Below are positions 1 to 11,087 of a stretch of 32,000 nt of DNA, one piece after another. The notes under the pieces were generated by a model. That model was not told where the DNA came from. It made no database searches and saw nothing but the letters and a program-made list of their open reading frames with translations. Position 1 is the stretch's first letter. The number at the start of each line of letters is the position of its first letter. Source of the DNA: Desulfocapsa sulfexigens DSM 10523 (GTDB lineage: Bacteria; Desulfobacterota; Desulfobulbia; Desulfobulbales; Desulfocapsaceae). The translations under genes and the position numbers were made by a program. Location of the stretch: assembly GCF_000341395.1 (NCBI RefSeq), contig NC_020304.1:510001-542000 (forward strand), in the 5' to 3' direction.

Positions 1-2
1 TT

Positions 3-347
3 GGTGTTCGATTTACTATCGGTGCTTCAGCTGCGCTTTGCGGGTTGATTGGTGCTGCTTTGTACTATGGAAAAAGCCGGGGAGGTACATATGGTAATGC
101 TATCTACAATCAAATCGGTGGTTGGGCTTTAGGTATATTTCTTTTTGGTTTTATGGTTCCGGGTATCAATAACTGGGGGCATGGTGGGGGTATGCTTGTT
201 GGTGCCCTGTCAGGTTATTTGCTCGGTTACAGAGAACGTTCCCAGGAGAAAATAGGTCACAAGCTTTCAAGCCTTGCCTGTATTGTATTTACAGGCATTA
301 TACTTTTCTGGTCCCTTACAAATGGCATCTTATATCTTGTCATGTAA
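3..347 (+). CDS. Rhomboid-family intramembrane serine protease, C-terminal part (5' end outside window)
   Basis: The frame is open from the window edge and reads GVRFTIGASAALCGLIGAALYYGKSRGG...NNWGHGGGMLVGALSGYLLGY. It has the GASxAxxGLIGA serine motif and a late-helix His in a Gly-rich context (GHGGG). Confidence 0.85.
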   Translation, partial: GVRFTIGASAALCGLIGAALYYGKSRGGTYGNAIYNQIGGWALGIFLFGFMVPGINNWGHGGGMLVGALSGYLLGYRERSQEKIGHKLSSLACIVFTGIILFWSLTNGILYLVM

Positions 348-456
348 TTGCCACTATAAATATCGAGACAGGTTTTGACACTAACACCCCTATTCCAGAG
401 GCAACAACCATGCTTCTCTTCACTACTGGTTTAGTTGAGCCTGTAGGTTCTGGCTT

Positions 457-576
457 CTAATCTTTGTGACGCCATAGCCGAAACAAAGATTTGACAGCCT
501 CGTAAGCAATACTGATAATCACAAAAGCAATGGTTCCCAAAAACACCCAGCCCAGATATTCTGAAGCAGTATCCAA
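457..576 (-). CDS. Small single-TM membrane protein (39 aa), not in the supplied ORF track
   Basis: TTG start preceded by AAGGAGG at about 8 nt spacing. Translation is MDTASEYLGWVFLGTIAFVIISIAYEAVKSLFRLWRHKD, one hydrophobic helix plus a basic tail. Confidence 0.5.
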   Translation of the reverse strand: MDTASEYLGWVFLGTIAFVIISIAYEAVKSLFRLWRHKD

Positions 577-868
577 TGATCCATCCTCCTTTTACCATTA
601 ATGGCGTCGAATTTATTCCCGGTATATATCTCTGTTTAAGGTACTCCGAGCTAGCTTAACCCAAAACAGAACACTCCTACTATGGTTTTCTGACCTGGAT
701 GAACCTTGCTTAGCCAAGGTGTCTCCAGGCAATTGCATGACGTTATTGACCTGTTTAGTGTCGTGGATGCCACTTTCTTTTGGATGAGTTTACACATACT
801 ATATCACAATACAATAAAGTATAGAAAGACATCGACTGGATCACTTTTACCTGGAAGGGGATGATGAA

Positions 869-1282
869 ATGAGCAAAACAACAGTTATCTTACTGGCCTC
901 TCTCGTGGCCATTACCTGGACAACAAATGCAGTGCAGGCGAGACCTGGAAAACGTTACGACGAGAGCACCAATATGTGTAGAGTCATCGATCAAGGCAGA
1001 CTGGACTGGGAAAGTGACCATTGGGGAAGTGGTGCGCGTAAGTTTAATCAAGTCTGCAAAAGTTGCCATACGAAAGAGAATGATAAAGGTGCCCCTTTTC
1101 TGTATATGGAGAGCTATGGATCGGAAGGATGGAACAGAGTCTTTGCAAAGCGCAGGGTAAAGTGTAAGGAGGACGGTTCCTGGGATGTTTTGAGTAAGGA
1201 GGACTTATTATTGGTCAACGACTATCTGTACCGGAACGCAAATGACACATATGATCCAAACGATGCCGACACCTGCAGCTGA
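869..1282 (+). CDS. Secreted monoheme c-type cytochrome
   Basis: N-terminal signal peptide (MSKTTVILLASLVAITWTTNAVQA) and a single CKSCH heme-binding motif. An intrinsic terminator follows. Confidence 0.85.
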   Translation: MSKTTVILLASLVAITWTTNAVQARPGKRYDESTNMCRVIDQGRLDWESDHWGSGARKFNQVCKSCHTKENDKGAPFLYMESYGSEGWNRVFAKRRVKCKEDGSWDVLSKEDLLLVNDYLYRNANDTYDPNDADTCS

Positions 1283-1349
1283 TGATACTGTCACTCCCGG
1301 TCGGGAGTTCAACAGCTATACTTGAATAATTAAGAGTGAGTTGACACAG

Positions 1350-1385
1350 AGGGTGTGGTAAGTATTTACCCCACCCTTTTTTTTT
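1350..1385 (+). terminator. Rho-independent terminator downstream of the cytochrome gene
   Basis: Inverted repeat agggtgtggtaa-gtat-ttaccccaccct with one mismatch, followed directly by a T run. Confidence 0.85.
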
Positions 1386-1509
1386 GCTGTTTCGTAAGTA
1401 CTCTCATATCAAAAATACGTGCAACACAAAAGAGTTACCCTGAATATTCAACAGATCCTCACCGCTACCCAGTCACACAGAAATACCACTCCTAAGGAGA
1501 GTTATGTAA

Positions 1510-2499
1510 ATGAAGAATATCACTATACTCGCACTTGATGACGGATCGGCCACGTCAATTACCGGCCCTATGGAAGTTTTTCAAATGACAGGCACCTTAT
1601 GGAATATGGCCAACGGCCTGGAACCGACTCCTTTTTTTAATGTACAGGTTGTCACCCTGACAGGTGAGCCGGTGAGAACCATGAATGGTATTACCATTAG
1701 CGCCCATGGCTCAATTGATGATGTGACGGATACAGACCTTATTATTGTCTCTCCCACCACGAATATTGAAAAGAACCTGAGTAAACAGGGAAGAATCATT
1801 CCATGGCTTCTCGATCAGTACAACAACGGTGCCCAGATAGCCGGAGTGTGTACCGGAGTTTTCATACTGGCTGCAACCGGACTGCTCGACGGGAAAATAG
1901 CCACCACCCACTGGGCAGTAGCCAACGAATTCAAACAACTTTACCCGCTGGTAAACCTGATGCCGGAACGCCTATTCACCGATGCCAATGACCTGTATTG
2001 TTCCGGGTCTTATAACTCCTGCATTGACCTGTCAGTTTATCTGGTGGAAAAATTCTGCGGTCGGGAAATTGCCCTGCAAACTGCTAAAATACTGATTCAT
2101 GACATAAACCGCATTTCCCAGGCACCATACACTCCATTCAACTTCCAGCGCAACCACATTGATGAGCACGTGCTTAACGCTCAACGGCACATGGAAACAA
2201 CATTTGCGGGACAAATTGACATTGAGCGGTTAGCACGGAGCCAAGGCATGGCACGTCGTACCTTTGAACGCCGATTCAAGGCGGCCACTGGTGACACCCC
2301 GAATCATTATATTCAAAGGGTACGGGTGGAAAAAGCCAAGAGAATACTTGAATCTGAGCAGAAGAGCCTTGACGAAATCAGTTATCAGGTGGGGTATGAA
2401 GACAGTGGTTTCTTTCGAAAAGTTTTTACCAAACATACCGGTCTCAAACCAGGAGAATACAGAGCAAAATTTCAACGGGTTGTTGAATTTCAATCTTAG
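1510..2499 (+). CDS. GlxA-family transcriptional regulator (DJ-1/PfpI-like domain plus AraC-type HTH)
   Basis: The N-terminal half has AGVCTGVFILAATGLLDGKIATTHW. The C-terminal AraC HTH has RLARSQGMARRTFERRFKAATGDTPNHYIQRVRVEKAKRILE...ISYQVGYEDSGFFRKVFTKHTGLKPGEYR. Confidence 0.95.
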   Translation: MKNITILALDDGSATSITGPMEVFQMTGTLWNMANGLEPTPFFNVQVVTLTGEPVRTMNGITISAHGSIDDVTDTDLIIVSPTTNIEKNLSKQGRIIPWLLDQYNNGAQIAGVCTGVFILAATGLLDGKIATTHWAVANEFKQLYPLVNLMPERLFTDANDLYCSGSYNSCIDLSVYLVEKFCGREIALQTAKILIHDINRISQAPYTPFNFQRNHIDEHVLNAQRHMETTFAGQIDIERLARSQGMARRTFERRFKAATGDTPNHYIQRVRVEKAKRILESEQKSLDEISYQVGYEDSGFFRKVFTKHTGLKPGEYRAKFQRVVEFQS

Positions 2500-2634
2500 T
2501 CCTGGTGGCAAGTGGGCAGTATGTTTCGCAGCCCAGTGGTGAAGAGACAGATCTCACCCACATTGCTCACTAGTTGGCTGCAGAGTCCGCCACCGTACAA
2601 GGAAAAGGCCAATGAGAGCAATACAAAATCGCTG

Positions 2635-2943
2635 TTATTGTGGAACTCCACCACCGGTATAGTCATAAATTGCATAGACAAGACCTGCAAAAATTCCTAT
2701 GGTGAAGAATAACCTGAAGCGTGAAACCCAGGGAACTTTTACACCATCCGCCATATATTGGATAACGGAAATAATAACAAAGGTAATCCCGATCACATAC
2801 GGTGCGGTGAGCAAAATCTGCTTACCGGTCGCCAGTATGGAGGCCAGCGGTTCTGAGGCAAGGCGCAGATTGAAGAGTATATACACTGCTGCCGTAACAT
2901 AAAATGATATACTATTATTCTTCTTTTCTCTGGTCGGTTCCAT
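2635..2943 (-). CDS. Small multi-TM membrane protein of unknown function
   Basis: About 102 aa from the ATG at 2943, with three hydrophobic segments (YVTAAVYILFNLRLA, YVIGITFVIISVIQYM, LFFTIGIFAGLVYAIYDY). The track start at 2949 is a TTG two codons upstream. Confidence 0.65.
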   Translation of the reverse strand: MEPTREKKNNSISFYVTAAVYILFNLRLASEPLASILATGKQILLTAPYVIGITFVIISVIQYMADGVKVPWVSRFRLFFTIGIFAGLVYAIYDYTGGGVPQ

Positions 2944-4071
2944 ATGCAATCACTCAATAGTCTTTATTTTCCAGAAACAGTTCTGCCCCGTCACCTGCGT
3001 AACTGTCTTCTCCTCTTTCCCGATACCCTGCATCTGCTGCAACCGGTGGAGTCTGGCACGGAAACAATAGATAAGTCACCAGAGAGTGATATTTTCATGG
3101 AACAGGGCATCTGTCAAGTCCATACTCCATCTCTTCTGGGAAAAGACAGAAACAGATTTCTGAAACTTGTAGAGGAAATCCGAATCGGTAAAGATGACAT
3201 TGTTCAACAGCTGAGCGGTTTAACACTTGCTCATCTTTCAAAAGAACAGGACACCAGCGACAAGAGTCACCGGGCAATCATGACGACCCTGCTTGGCGGC
3301 CAGACTACCGGAGAGAGTGACTCTGCCGAAGAAACTCAAAAAGCAGCACTCTGGCAGGCCCGCCTCGTTCTGGCACTTGCCGAGATCCTTGACAAAGAAG
3401 AGGCTGAGCTGGCAACAAAGCTATCAGACATTGATGATACCGAGCTGGCTCTTTTTGAAGAGCTTCTTGGCGATGTTCCAGACGATACCGAAGAGACGGA
3501 TTCTTTTGCCGAACTGATGCGCATCAGAGCCAATATCAACCATCCACGTCCGGGAACACTTAAAAGACGAATCCAGGCGTGGAAAACACTGTATTCATCT
3601 GGTTCTCTGCCTGAAAAATATTGGTTATGGATGACCAGCCAGGAAGAAGCTGCGGAACTATTAATTGACAATTACGAAGAGAAAGCAGGAAGAAACAGTG
3701 TCCCCCTTCTTCTCCTTGACCTCCCGGAACACCTTTACATGAGAGACAAGGATGGACTGGAAAGTATCAGAAAATTTCAAGAACAGGAAGGTGATATCCG
3801 CAGAAACATCATAGAAAAACTGACCGCCATTGTCAGCAAAGAGCACCTCAATAGTGTTGATCCCGTGGCTCTTCTTCCCGATGCCGGAATCCTTGCCCGT
3901 GAATGGAATGATCTTATTGAGTATCACTTTCCGGAAAAACGCTTTGGCCGCAGGAAACTCGACTTCCAATTCCTGGCCAACATTTCACTGGATCAGCTGG
4001 TTCGTGGGGTAGATGAAGAGAAACAATCAGATACAATTCGCCACGGAATAGTAGCAATCTATAAGGAATAA
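2944..4071 (+). CDS. Conserved-looking hypothetical soluble protein
   Basis: 375 aa ORF, acidic and helical. Protein-like composition across its full length and a convergent hairpin downstream. Confidence 0.8.
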   Translation: MQSLNSLYFPETVLPRHLRNCLLLFPDTLHLLQPVESGTETIDKSPESDIFMEQGICQVHTPSLLGKDRNRFLKLVEEIRIGKDDIVQQLSGLTLAHLSKEQDTSDKSHRAIMTTLLGGQTTGESDSAEETQKAALWQARLVLALAEILDKEEAELATKLSDIDDTELALFEELLGDVPDDTEETDSFAELMRIRANINHPRPGTLKRRIQAWKTLYSSGSLPEKYWLWMTSQEEAAELLIDNYEEKAGRNSVPLLLLDLPEHLYMRDKDGLESIRKFQEQEGDIRRNIIEKLTAIVSKEHLNSVDPVALLPDAGILAREWNDLIEYHFPEKRFGRRKLDFQFLANISLDQLVRGVDEEKQSDTIRHGIVAIYKE

Positions 4072-4092
4072 TACGGCTACCGGTATTTTAGA

Positions 4093-4121
4093 CTGAAGGT
4101 ACAGAGAATCTGTACCTTCAG
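4093..4121. terminator. Perfect hairpin between convergent genes, possible terminator without a strong T tract
   Basis: ctgaaggtacag-agaat-ctgtaccttcag, a 12 bp perfect stem with a 5 nt loop. Flanking ggctac/gtagcc could extend it. Confidence 0.5.
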
Positions 4122-4181
4122 CCTGTAGCCTTTTCCCTGAAAACAACACCTGCACAACAGTCGAGCAGGCGGTGCCTGAGT

Positions 4182-4664
4182 TTACTTATCGCAGCAGGTA
4201 TAGGGATTAATGGTCAACACCGGACAGCCGGCAGATTTTACAACCTTGTCGGCAACACTGCCAAACATGATCTTCTCCAGCCCCTTATAGCCATGTGTTC
4301 CCATGGCTATAAGCCCATCATCCTGCTTGGCTGAAAAATCGACAATCTGCTCTGCCACATCACCCACCAGGATTTTTCCAATCACCTCGACCACACCTTG
4401 TTCTTTGGCAAATTTTTCTATATCCTGGGAGAAACTATGCATTTTTTCCTCCGCCTGAGCAAACAGATCCTGTTCAAAATCCGGAATACTCATTTGGGGA
4501 ACAAAAAATCCAGAATAATCTTCAAATTTCTGCACAACAAACAACAGTACCAAATTGGCCTTGAAGCTTCCGGCAATAAAGGCGGCGGACTCGGCAATCA
4601 GCTTGGAATTGTCTGAAAAGTCAACAGGGGTCACAACATTTTTGACTTGCTCAATTCGTTTCAT
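4182..4664 (-). CDS. Universal stress protein (UspA family)
   Basis: KNVVTPVDFSDNSKLIAESAAFIAGSFKANLVLLFVV at the N-terminus and LIAMGTHGYKGLEKIMFGSVADKVVKSAGCPVLTI at the C-terminus (G-2x-G-9x-G-S/T-type nucleotide-binding motif). Confidence 0.95.
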   Translation of the reverse strand: MKRIEQVKNVVTPVDFSDNSKLIAESAAFIAGSFKANLVLLFVVQKFEDYSGFFVPQMSIPDFEQDLFAQAEEKMHSFSQDIEKFAKEQGVVEVIGKILVGDVAEQIVDFSAKQDDGLIAMGTHGYKGLEKIMFGSVADKVVKSAGCPVLTINPYTCCDK

Positions 4665-4795
4665 GGCATCTCCCAGCAGGTTAAATTATATTCTTTTGAT
4701 CTTGAATAATTTTGTCATAATTCAGGAGTCCCCACAAGGGAATTCTTCCGACGCTGTAAAAACTCCATAAACTGCGTATCACAAAAACACCGCGG

Positions 4796-7066
4796 CTAAT
4801 TTCCGAACAAACCTTTCAACCCCTGCTGCAGCAGATCCTGAGTCGAACTTTTTTTCCCATCCTGCTTCGAATCGCCACTTTTGTTTTTCTTGTCCAGCTG
4901 TTTCTGCAATTCACCCATAAGAAGAGTTGTCGCTCCGGCTTTAAAGAGGCCAACGACATCTGCCTCTTCTTTTATATTCGAAAATTCCCCCTGGATCCGA
5001 TAAGGGACAATAAATTTACTGTAGTCAGTCTTTCCGGATTTATCGTCTCGATCCAGACTTCTGAGAATCGAAATTTTCAAAACATAATCCACATATTCAT
5101 TCACGAAATCGACACTTCCAGATCCCGTGACCTTCATCAGATCAGACTCGGCTTTCAGATCCTTATTGTGAAAGACACCATTGCTGACCACTCCGTTTGC
5201 ATTGATTCGTGCAAATCCGGTTGGTTCATCCTTTGCCGCCTGAACCATCGGCTTTTGTTCATAAAGAGCCTTTGCCTGACGCACAACATCAAGAATATGA
5301 AGTTTTTTCACCACCCCATTTTCAAGGGCCAGTTTCACTGTTCCATTGGAGTTACGAATAAGCTGCTCTTTGACATTTCCATTTGTGCCCACCTGCAATG
5401 CCAACACGGCAGTGCCTGTTACCTCCTCTTTTCCTGTCATATCCATAAGTAGAGGGCCTACCTGGACCTGAGCAACATCACCAGTTACTGTAAGCTTTGG
5501 AAGTTCACCTGTCACATCAAGCTTTACCTGGGCGGCTACGTTTCCACTGTATAATTGTGCCCGTAAAGGATTCAACTCCAGCTGCCCCTCTCTACCCGAT
5601 GCCTGCAGTTCAACGTGGGTCAGCGCAGCACCTTTAATCTTCAGGGAGTCAACACCAAGGTCAAGATTGAACTGCAATTTCCGCAAAGACTTAACGGGAA
5701 AAACAGGTTGTAATGAGGGAGTCTCCTTAATCGGAACATTCACGGATACCTTTTTTCCGCCACCTCCGGACACTTTTCCCTGTGCCATTGCTGGTTTCTG
5801 CTCTTTTTCCTTCTTCACCGCCCCCGCAACAACAGAGCTTTGCTGAACGACCGTCCCATAGGAATCAACATCAAGCTTATCAAGGTGCATTTTAAAATCA
5901 TAGGAAGGGTGCTGAAGGTCAGTGAGGACAAAGCTCCCTGTCCCATGTGCACCGTCCAGCAGGAGATCGATGGCTGAGACATCAATTTTCTTCATGTTTC
6001 CAGCAAATGCACAGGAGAATCCAAGCTGCTGCAGTGCCGAATCATTCTTCCAGTTGGGCTGGGAAAGCTTATTTGTCCTCAGAAATTCTCTGAGGGAAAA
6101 TTCTGGAATAAGAAGCGTTCCTTTGAAATGAGGCTCCTGATAATTGGTCACTTCTGCGTTGAGCTGGATAGAGAAGTCTCCGCTATTTAAACGAACCCCT
6201 TTAAGGCTTATATTCTTCTTCGCAAGATCAAGAAAGCTATTCCCTTCAAGACTGATTTTGGCCCCTTGGACACCAAAGGCTTTAATGGAATTTTCCAGGG
6301 ACAGATTATCCAGCTGCACAGTTTGTTCTGAAAATTTAACTGTGATGTCACTATCAATAGAGCTCTCAACAAACAGCGTCGTGTTGTTCTTGCCAGAGGA
6401 GATGAGCGTGAAAGCGGATTGGAGATGAAAAGATTGTCCATCCAGCACATGGCCGGTCTGGACACTGAAATCCTTCAGTTCAAATATTTTTGCTGCCTGC
6501 TGATCTTCATAACGCACTGTCACCCGGCTCAAGTCAAAGGTCCCGAGTTCAAGCGTTGGAACCTTTTTCGCCTTTTCTCCTGCCTGCCCCTGCGGCACGG
6601 GGACTGAAGCTTCTTTCTTTTTTTTGGGTGATGGAGAAGACGCTGCTGGTGCAGAAGACTGGACTATCTCCCAGTTTCCCCTTCCGGATTTGTCACGAAT
6701 CAGATAACAGTACACACCATGAAGCTGTACTCCCTGAACAACAAGACGTTTCTCTTTCAGGAGAGGGAACAGAGAAAGCTCCACTCTTGCTTCTTCACTG
6801 CTGAGGAGCGGAGTCTCCGAAAGTCCTGGTGCTGCAAGAACCCGAACCTGCCCAAGAGAAAACAGGACGTCAAGACGGGGCGAGATATGCAGGGTGATAT
6901 CTCCCGGGATCTCAAGACGGAACCCGCTCTGTTCGTAGAGCAGATCAGATATTTTATCCTTGTAGTCATTCGGATCAAGCACCATAGGCAGCACGACTAT
7001 AATCCCCAAAAACAAAAGGATACAAATCACCAGTAAACCACCTGCCCACTTCATTACACGTTTCAT
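4796..7066 (-). CDS. AsmA-family protein
   Basis: 756 aa with N-terminal TM. AsmA N-terminal pattern DPNDYKDKISDLLYEQSGFRLEIPGDITLHISPRLDVLFSLGQVRV, and C-terminal repeat-like region. Confidence 0.9.
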   Translation of the reverse strand: MKRVMKWAGGLLVICILLFLGIIVVLPMVLDPNDYKDKISDLLYEQSGFRLEIPGDITLHISPRLDVLFSLGQVRVLAAPGLSETPLLSSEEARVELSLFPLLKEKRLVVQGVQLHGVYCYLIRDKSGRGNWEIVQSSAPAASSPSPKKKKEASVPVPQGQAGEKAKKVPTLELGTFDLSRVTVRYEDQQAAKIFELKDFSVQTGHVLDGQSFHLQSAFTLISSGKNNTTLFVESSIDSDITVKFSEQTVQLDNLSLENSIKAFGVQGAKISLEGNSFLDLAKKNISLKGVRLNSGDFSIQLNAEVTNYQEPHFKGTLLIPEFSLREFLRTNKLSQPNWKNDSALQQLGFSCAFAGNMKKIDVSAIDLLLDGAHGTGSFVLTDLQHPSYDFKMHLDKLDVDSYGTVVQQSSVVAGAVKKEKEQKPAMAQGKVSGGGGKKVSVNVPIKETPSLQPVFPVKSLRKLQFNLDLGVDSLKIKGAALTHVELQASGREGQLELNPLRAQLYSGNVAAQVKLDVTGELPKLTVTGDVAQVQVGPLLMDMTGKEEVTGTAVLALQVGTNGNVKEQLIRNSNGTVKLALENGVVKKLHILDVVRQAKALYEQKPMVQAAKDEPTGFARINANGVVSNGVFHNKDLKAESDLMKVTGSGSVDFVNEYVDYVLKISILRSLDRDDKSGKTDYSKFIVPYRIQGEFSNIKEEADVVGLFKAGATTLLMGELQKQLDKKNKSGDSKQDGKKSSTQDLLQQGLKGLFGN

Positions 7067-7082
7067 TGAAACTCCCTTCCAC

Positions 7083-9098
<2,016 letters not shown>

Positions 9099-9287
9099 TT
9101 ATTTCGGAGGAGTTAACAGATTGCCGGCCTTGGCAATATTCTCATGGGGCACTTCATCAATAAAAATCAGAATCGCCTCTGGCGGTTTCCCTGCTTCCCT
9201 GGCGATAACCTCGGTCACCCCCTTGCAGATATTACTCTTCTGATCTTTGCTAAGCGTTCCGGCAACACGAATATTAACGTAGGGCAT
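9099..9287 (-). CDS. 4-oxalocrotonate tautomerase-family protein
   Basis: 62 aa beginning MPYVNIRVAGTLSKDQKSNICKGVTEVIAREAGKPPEAILIFIDEVP. Pro follows Met, as required for the catalytic N-terminal proline. Confidence 0.88.
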   Translation of the reverse strand: MPYVNIRVAGTLSKDQKSNICKGVTEVIAREAGKPPEAILIFIDEVPHENIAKAGNLLTPPK

Positions 9288-9312
9288 TTTTTACTCTCCT
9301 TTGATAATTTTG

Positions 9313-9816
9313 TTATTCAGGCAGGCAAAACCGGGCAATATCTGCTGGAAGCTGTCCACTATCAAGTCCAAGCTCTTCAGCAAGTTCATGTAACTGGGCC
9401 ACACTGCAATTAATAAAAATAAGAGGCAGGTTTTTCCCAGCGGCAGCAACACCCTGCTCCAGGAAGGCAATCAGTCTTTGAGCTGCTGTTTCCCGAATGT
9501 GAGAACAGTCAACGGTCTGTCTGCGGGCAAAAGCCCTGCAGCGCTCCCAGTTATATACGGTTCGACGAACTCCGCGATATATACTTTTATGGAAATTTCT
9601 CACATCTATATCACGCAGGATAATTTCCTGGTAGCGCTGAGCAGCTGCATCTTTAAGCCTGGACAGCTCTTCTTCACTGAGGCTCAGTTGAGGCCCGTCA
9701 CTCTCTTTGCTTAAGTAGTAGAGTGAAGAGTACAGGGTAATCTCAGGTATTTCTCCGGAATGGCGAACAATAAGCCACTCTTCGGCAAGCAGTTCATCAC
9801 GTTCTTCCGGGGTCAC
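9313..9816 (-). CDS. Hypothetical protein, about 167 aa
   Basis: Intact ORF between the tautomerase and hemA on the same strand, overlapping the hemA 3' end by 4 nt. Confidence 0.75.
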   Translation of the reverse strand: MTPEERDELLAEEWLIVRHSGEIPEITLYSSLYYLSKESDGPQLSLSEEELSRLKDAAAQRYQEIILRDIDVRNFHKSIYRGVRRTVYNWERCRAFARRQTVDCSHIRETAAQRLIAFLEQGVAAAGKNLPLIFINCSVAQLHELAEELGLDSGQLPADIARFCLPE

Positions 9817-11087
9817 TGCTTTTTCTCAAGACCAAAAACAGAACGAAATATATCCACCTTCATATCCGATTGATCCTTACAGCTTTCACTCTTTAGAAAA
9901 AGCATGGGATCATGGAGGAGTTTAGAAACAATGGCTCCGGCCATCCTCTCCACATTTTCTCGATCCCTGGCACTTAATCCATCCAGCCTGGGCAGAGTAC
10001 GTTCAAGCTCTGCCCTGACAATAAGATCTCCTTTTTCACGCAGAGCGGCAAGAGTTGGAGTAATTGCAAGACCCGCCAGCCAGTCTTTAAATTTTAGGGC
10101 CTCCTCATCAACGATACGGCTTGCTTTGATGGCCTCTTTGTCCCGTTCAGCTTTGTTCAACTCCACCACATTGTTCAGATCGTCAATATCGTAGAGGTAG
10201 ACATTGTCCAGATCATTCAGAGCTGGGTCAAGGTCCCTTGGCACTGCAATATCAATAAAAAACAGAGGTTTGTTGCGACGATTGCGCATAAGAGGTTTAA
10301 CATCTTCCTTATGGAGAATAACCCCTGGCGCTCCGGTGGAGCTCACTATAATATCAACCTGTTCCAACTGCTCTAACAGCTCATCCAGCCCAACTGCACG
10401 GCCATTAAAACGTTTTGCCAGATCGAGAGCATTTTCAAGGGTTCTGTTGGCAACCACAACATCTTTAGCGCCATTACCCACAAGATGTTCGGCAGCAAGT
10501 TCCGCCATTTCACCAGCGCCAATCAGCAGCACCCGCTTATTTTCAAGTGATCCAAAAATCTTCCTTGCAAGCTCAATAGCGGCATAACTGATAGAGACAG
10601 CAGAGGAACCGATTTGAGTCTCACTCCGTACCCGTTTGGCCACAGAAAAAGACTTATGCAAAAGCTTGTTGAGGATGGGACCAGTGCATTTCAATTTGGA
10701 AGACCAGCGGTACGCTTCCTTTAACTGACCTAAAATCTGAGATTCACCCACGATCATGGAATCAAGACTTGCGGCAACCATAAAGAGGTGATGGATGGCT
10801 TCTTCGTTACGATAGCAGTACAAATATTTTTCATACTGCTCGGGAGTGAGAGCATCTCCAAAAAGAAAACCAGCCAGAGCCCTCTCAACCTCAGCCCCGG
10901 CACTGGCCGAAACCAGAACCTCAACACGGTTGCAGGTCGAGAGGAGATAATACTCACGCAGACCATCAACCCTTCCTAAAGCCTCCAGGGGATCCTCGTA
11001 GCCACCGCTAAGGGCCAATTTTTCACGCACTTCAAGGGGAGTATTCTTATGATTAACCCCAAGGAGCAGGATAGTCTCACTGGGCAT
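9813..11087 (-). CDS. hemA: Glutamyl-tRNA reductase
   Basis: LLGVNHKNTPLEVREKLALSG, YLLSTCNRVEVL, ESQILGQLKEAY, VLLIGAGEMAELAAEHL. The track extends to 11105, but MPSETILLLGVNHK at 11087 looks the better start. Confidence 0.97.
   Translation of the reverse strand: MPSETILLLGVNHKNTPLEVREKLALSGGYEDPLEALGRVDGLREYYLLSTCNRVEVLVSASAGAEVERALAGFLFGDALTPEQYEKYLYCYRNEEAIHHLFMVAASLDSMIVGESQILGQLKEAYRWSSKLKCTGPILNKLLHKSFSVAKRVRSETQIGSSAVSISYAAIELARKIFGSLENKRVLLIGAGEMAELAAEHLVGNGAKDVVVANRTLENALDLAKRFNGRAVGLDELLEQLEQVDIIVSSTGAPGVILHKEDVKPLMRNRRNKPLFFIDIAVPRDLDPALNDLDNVYLYDIDDLNNVVELNKAERDKEAIKASRIVDEEALKFKDWLAGLAITPTLAALREKGDLIVRAELERTLPRLDGLSARDRENVERMAGAIVSKLLHDPMLFLKSESCKDQSDMKVDIFRSVFGLEKKQ

Noticed and set aside
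927-1160. 77-aa ORF inside the cytochrome gene in another frame
   Set aside because: Nested in a confident CDS with a heme motif, and the alternative frame has no family signature or RBS.
5168-6804. Series of 62-105 aa + strand ORFs antisense to the AsmA-like gene
   Set aside because: Low-complexity, out-of-frame shadows of a long confident - strand CDS, with no motifs.
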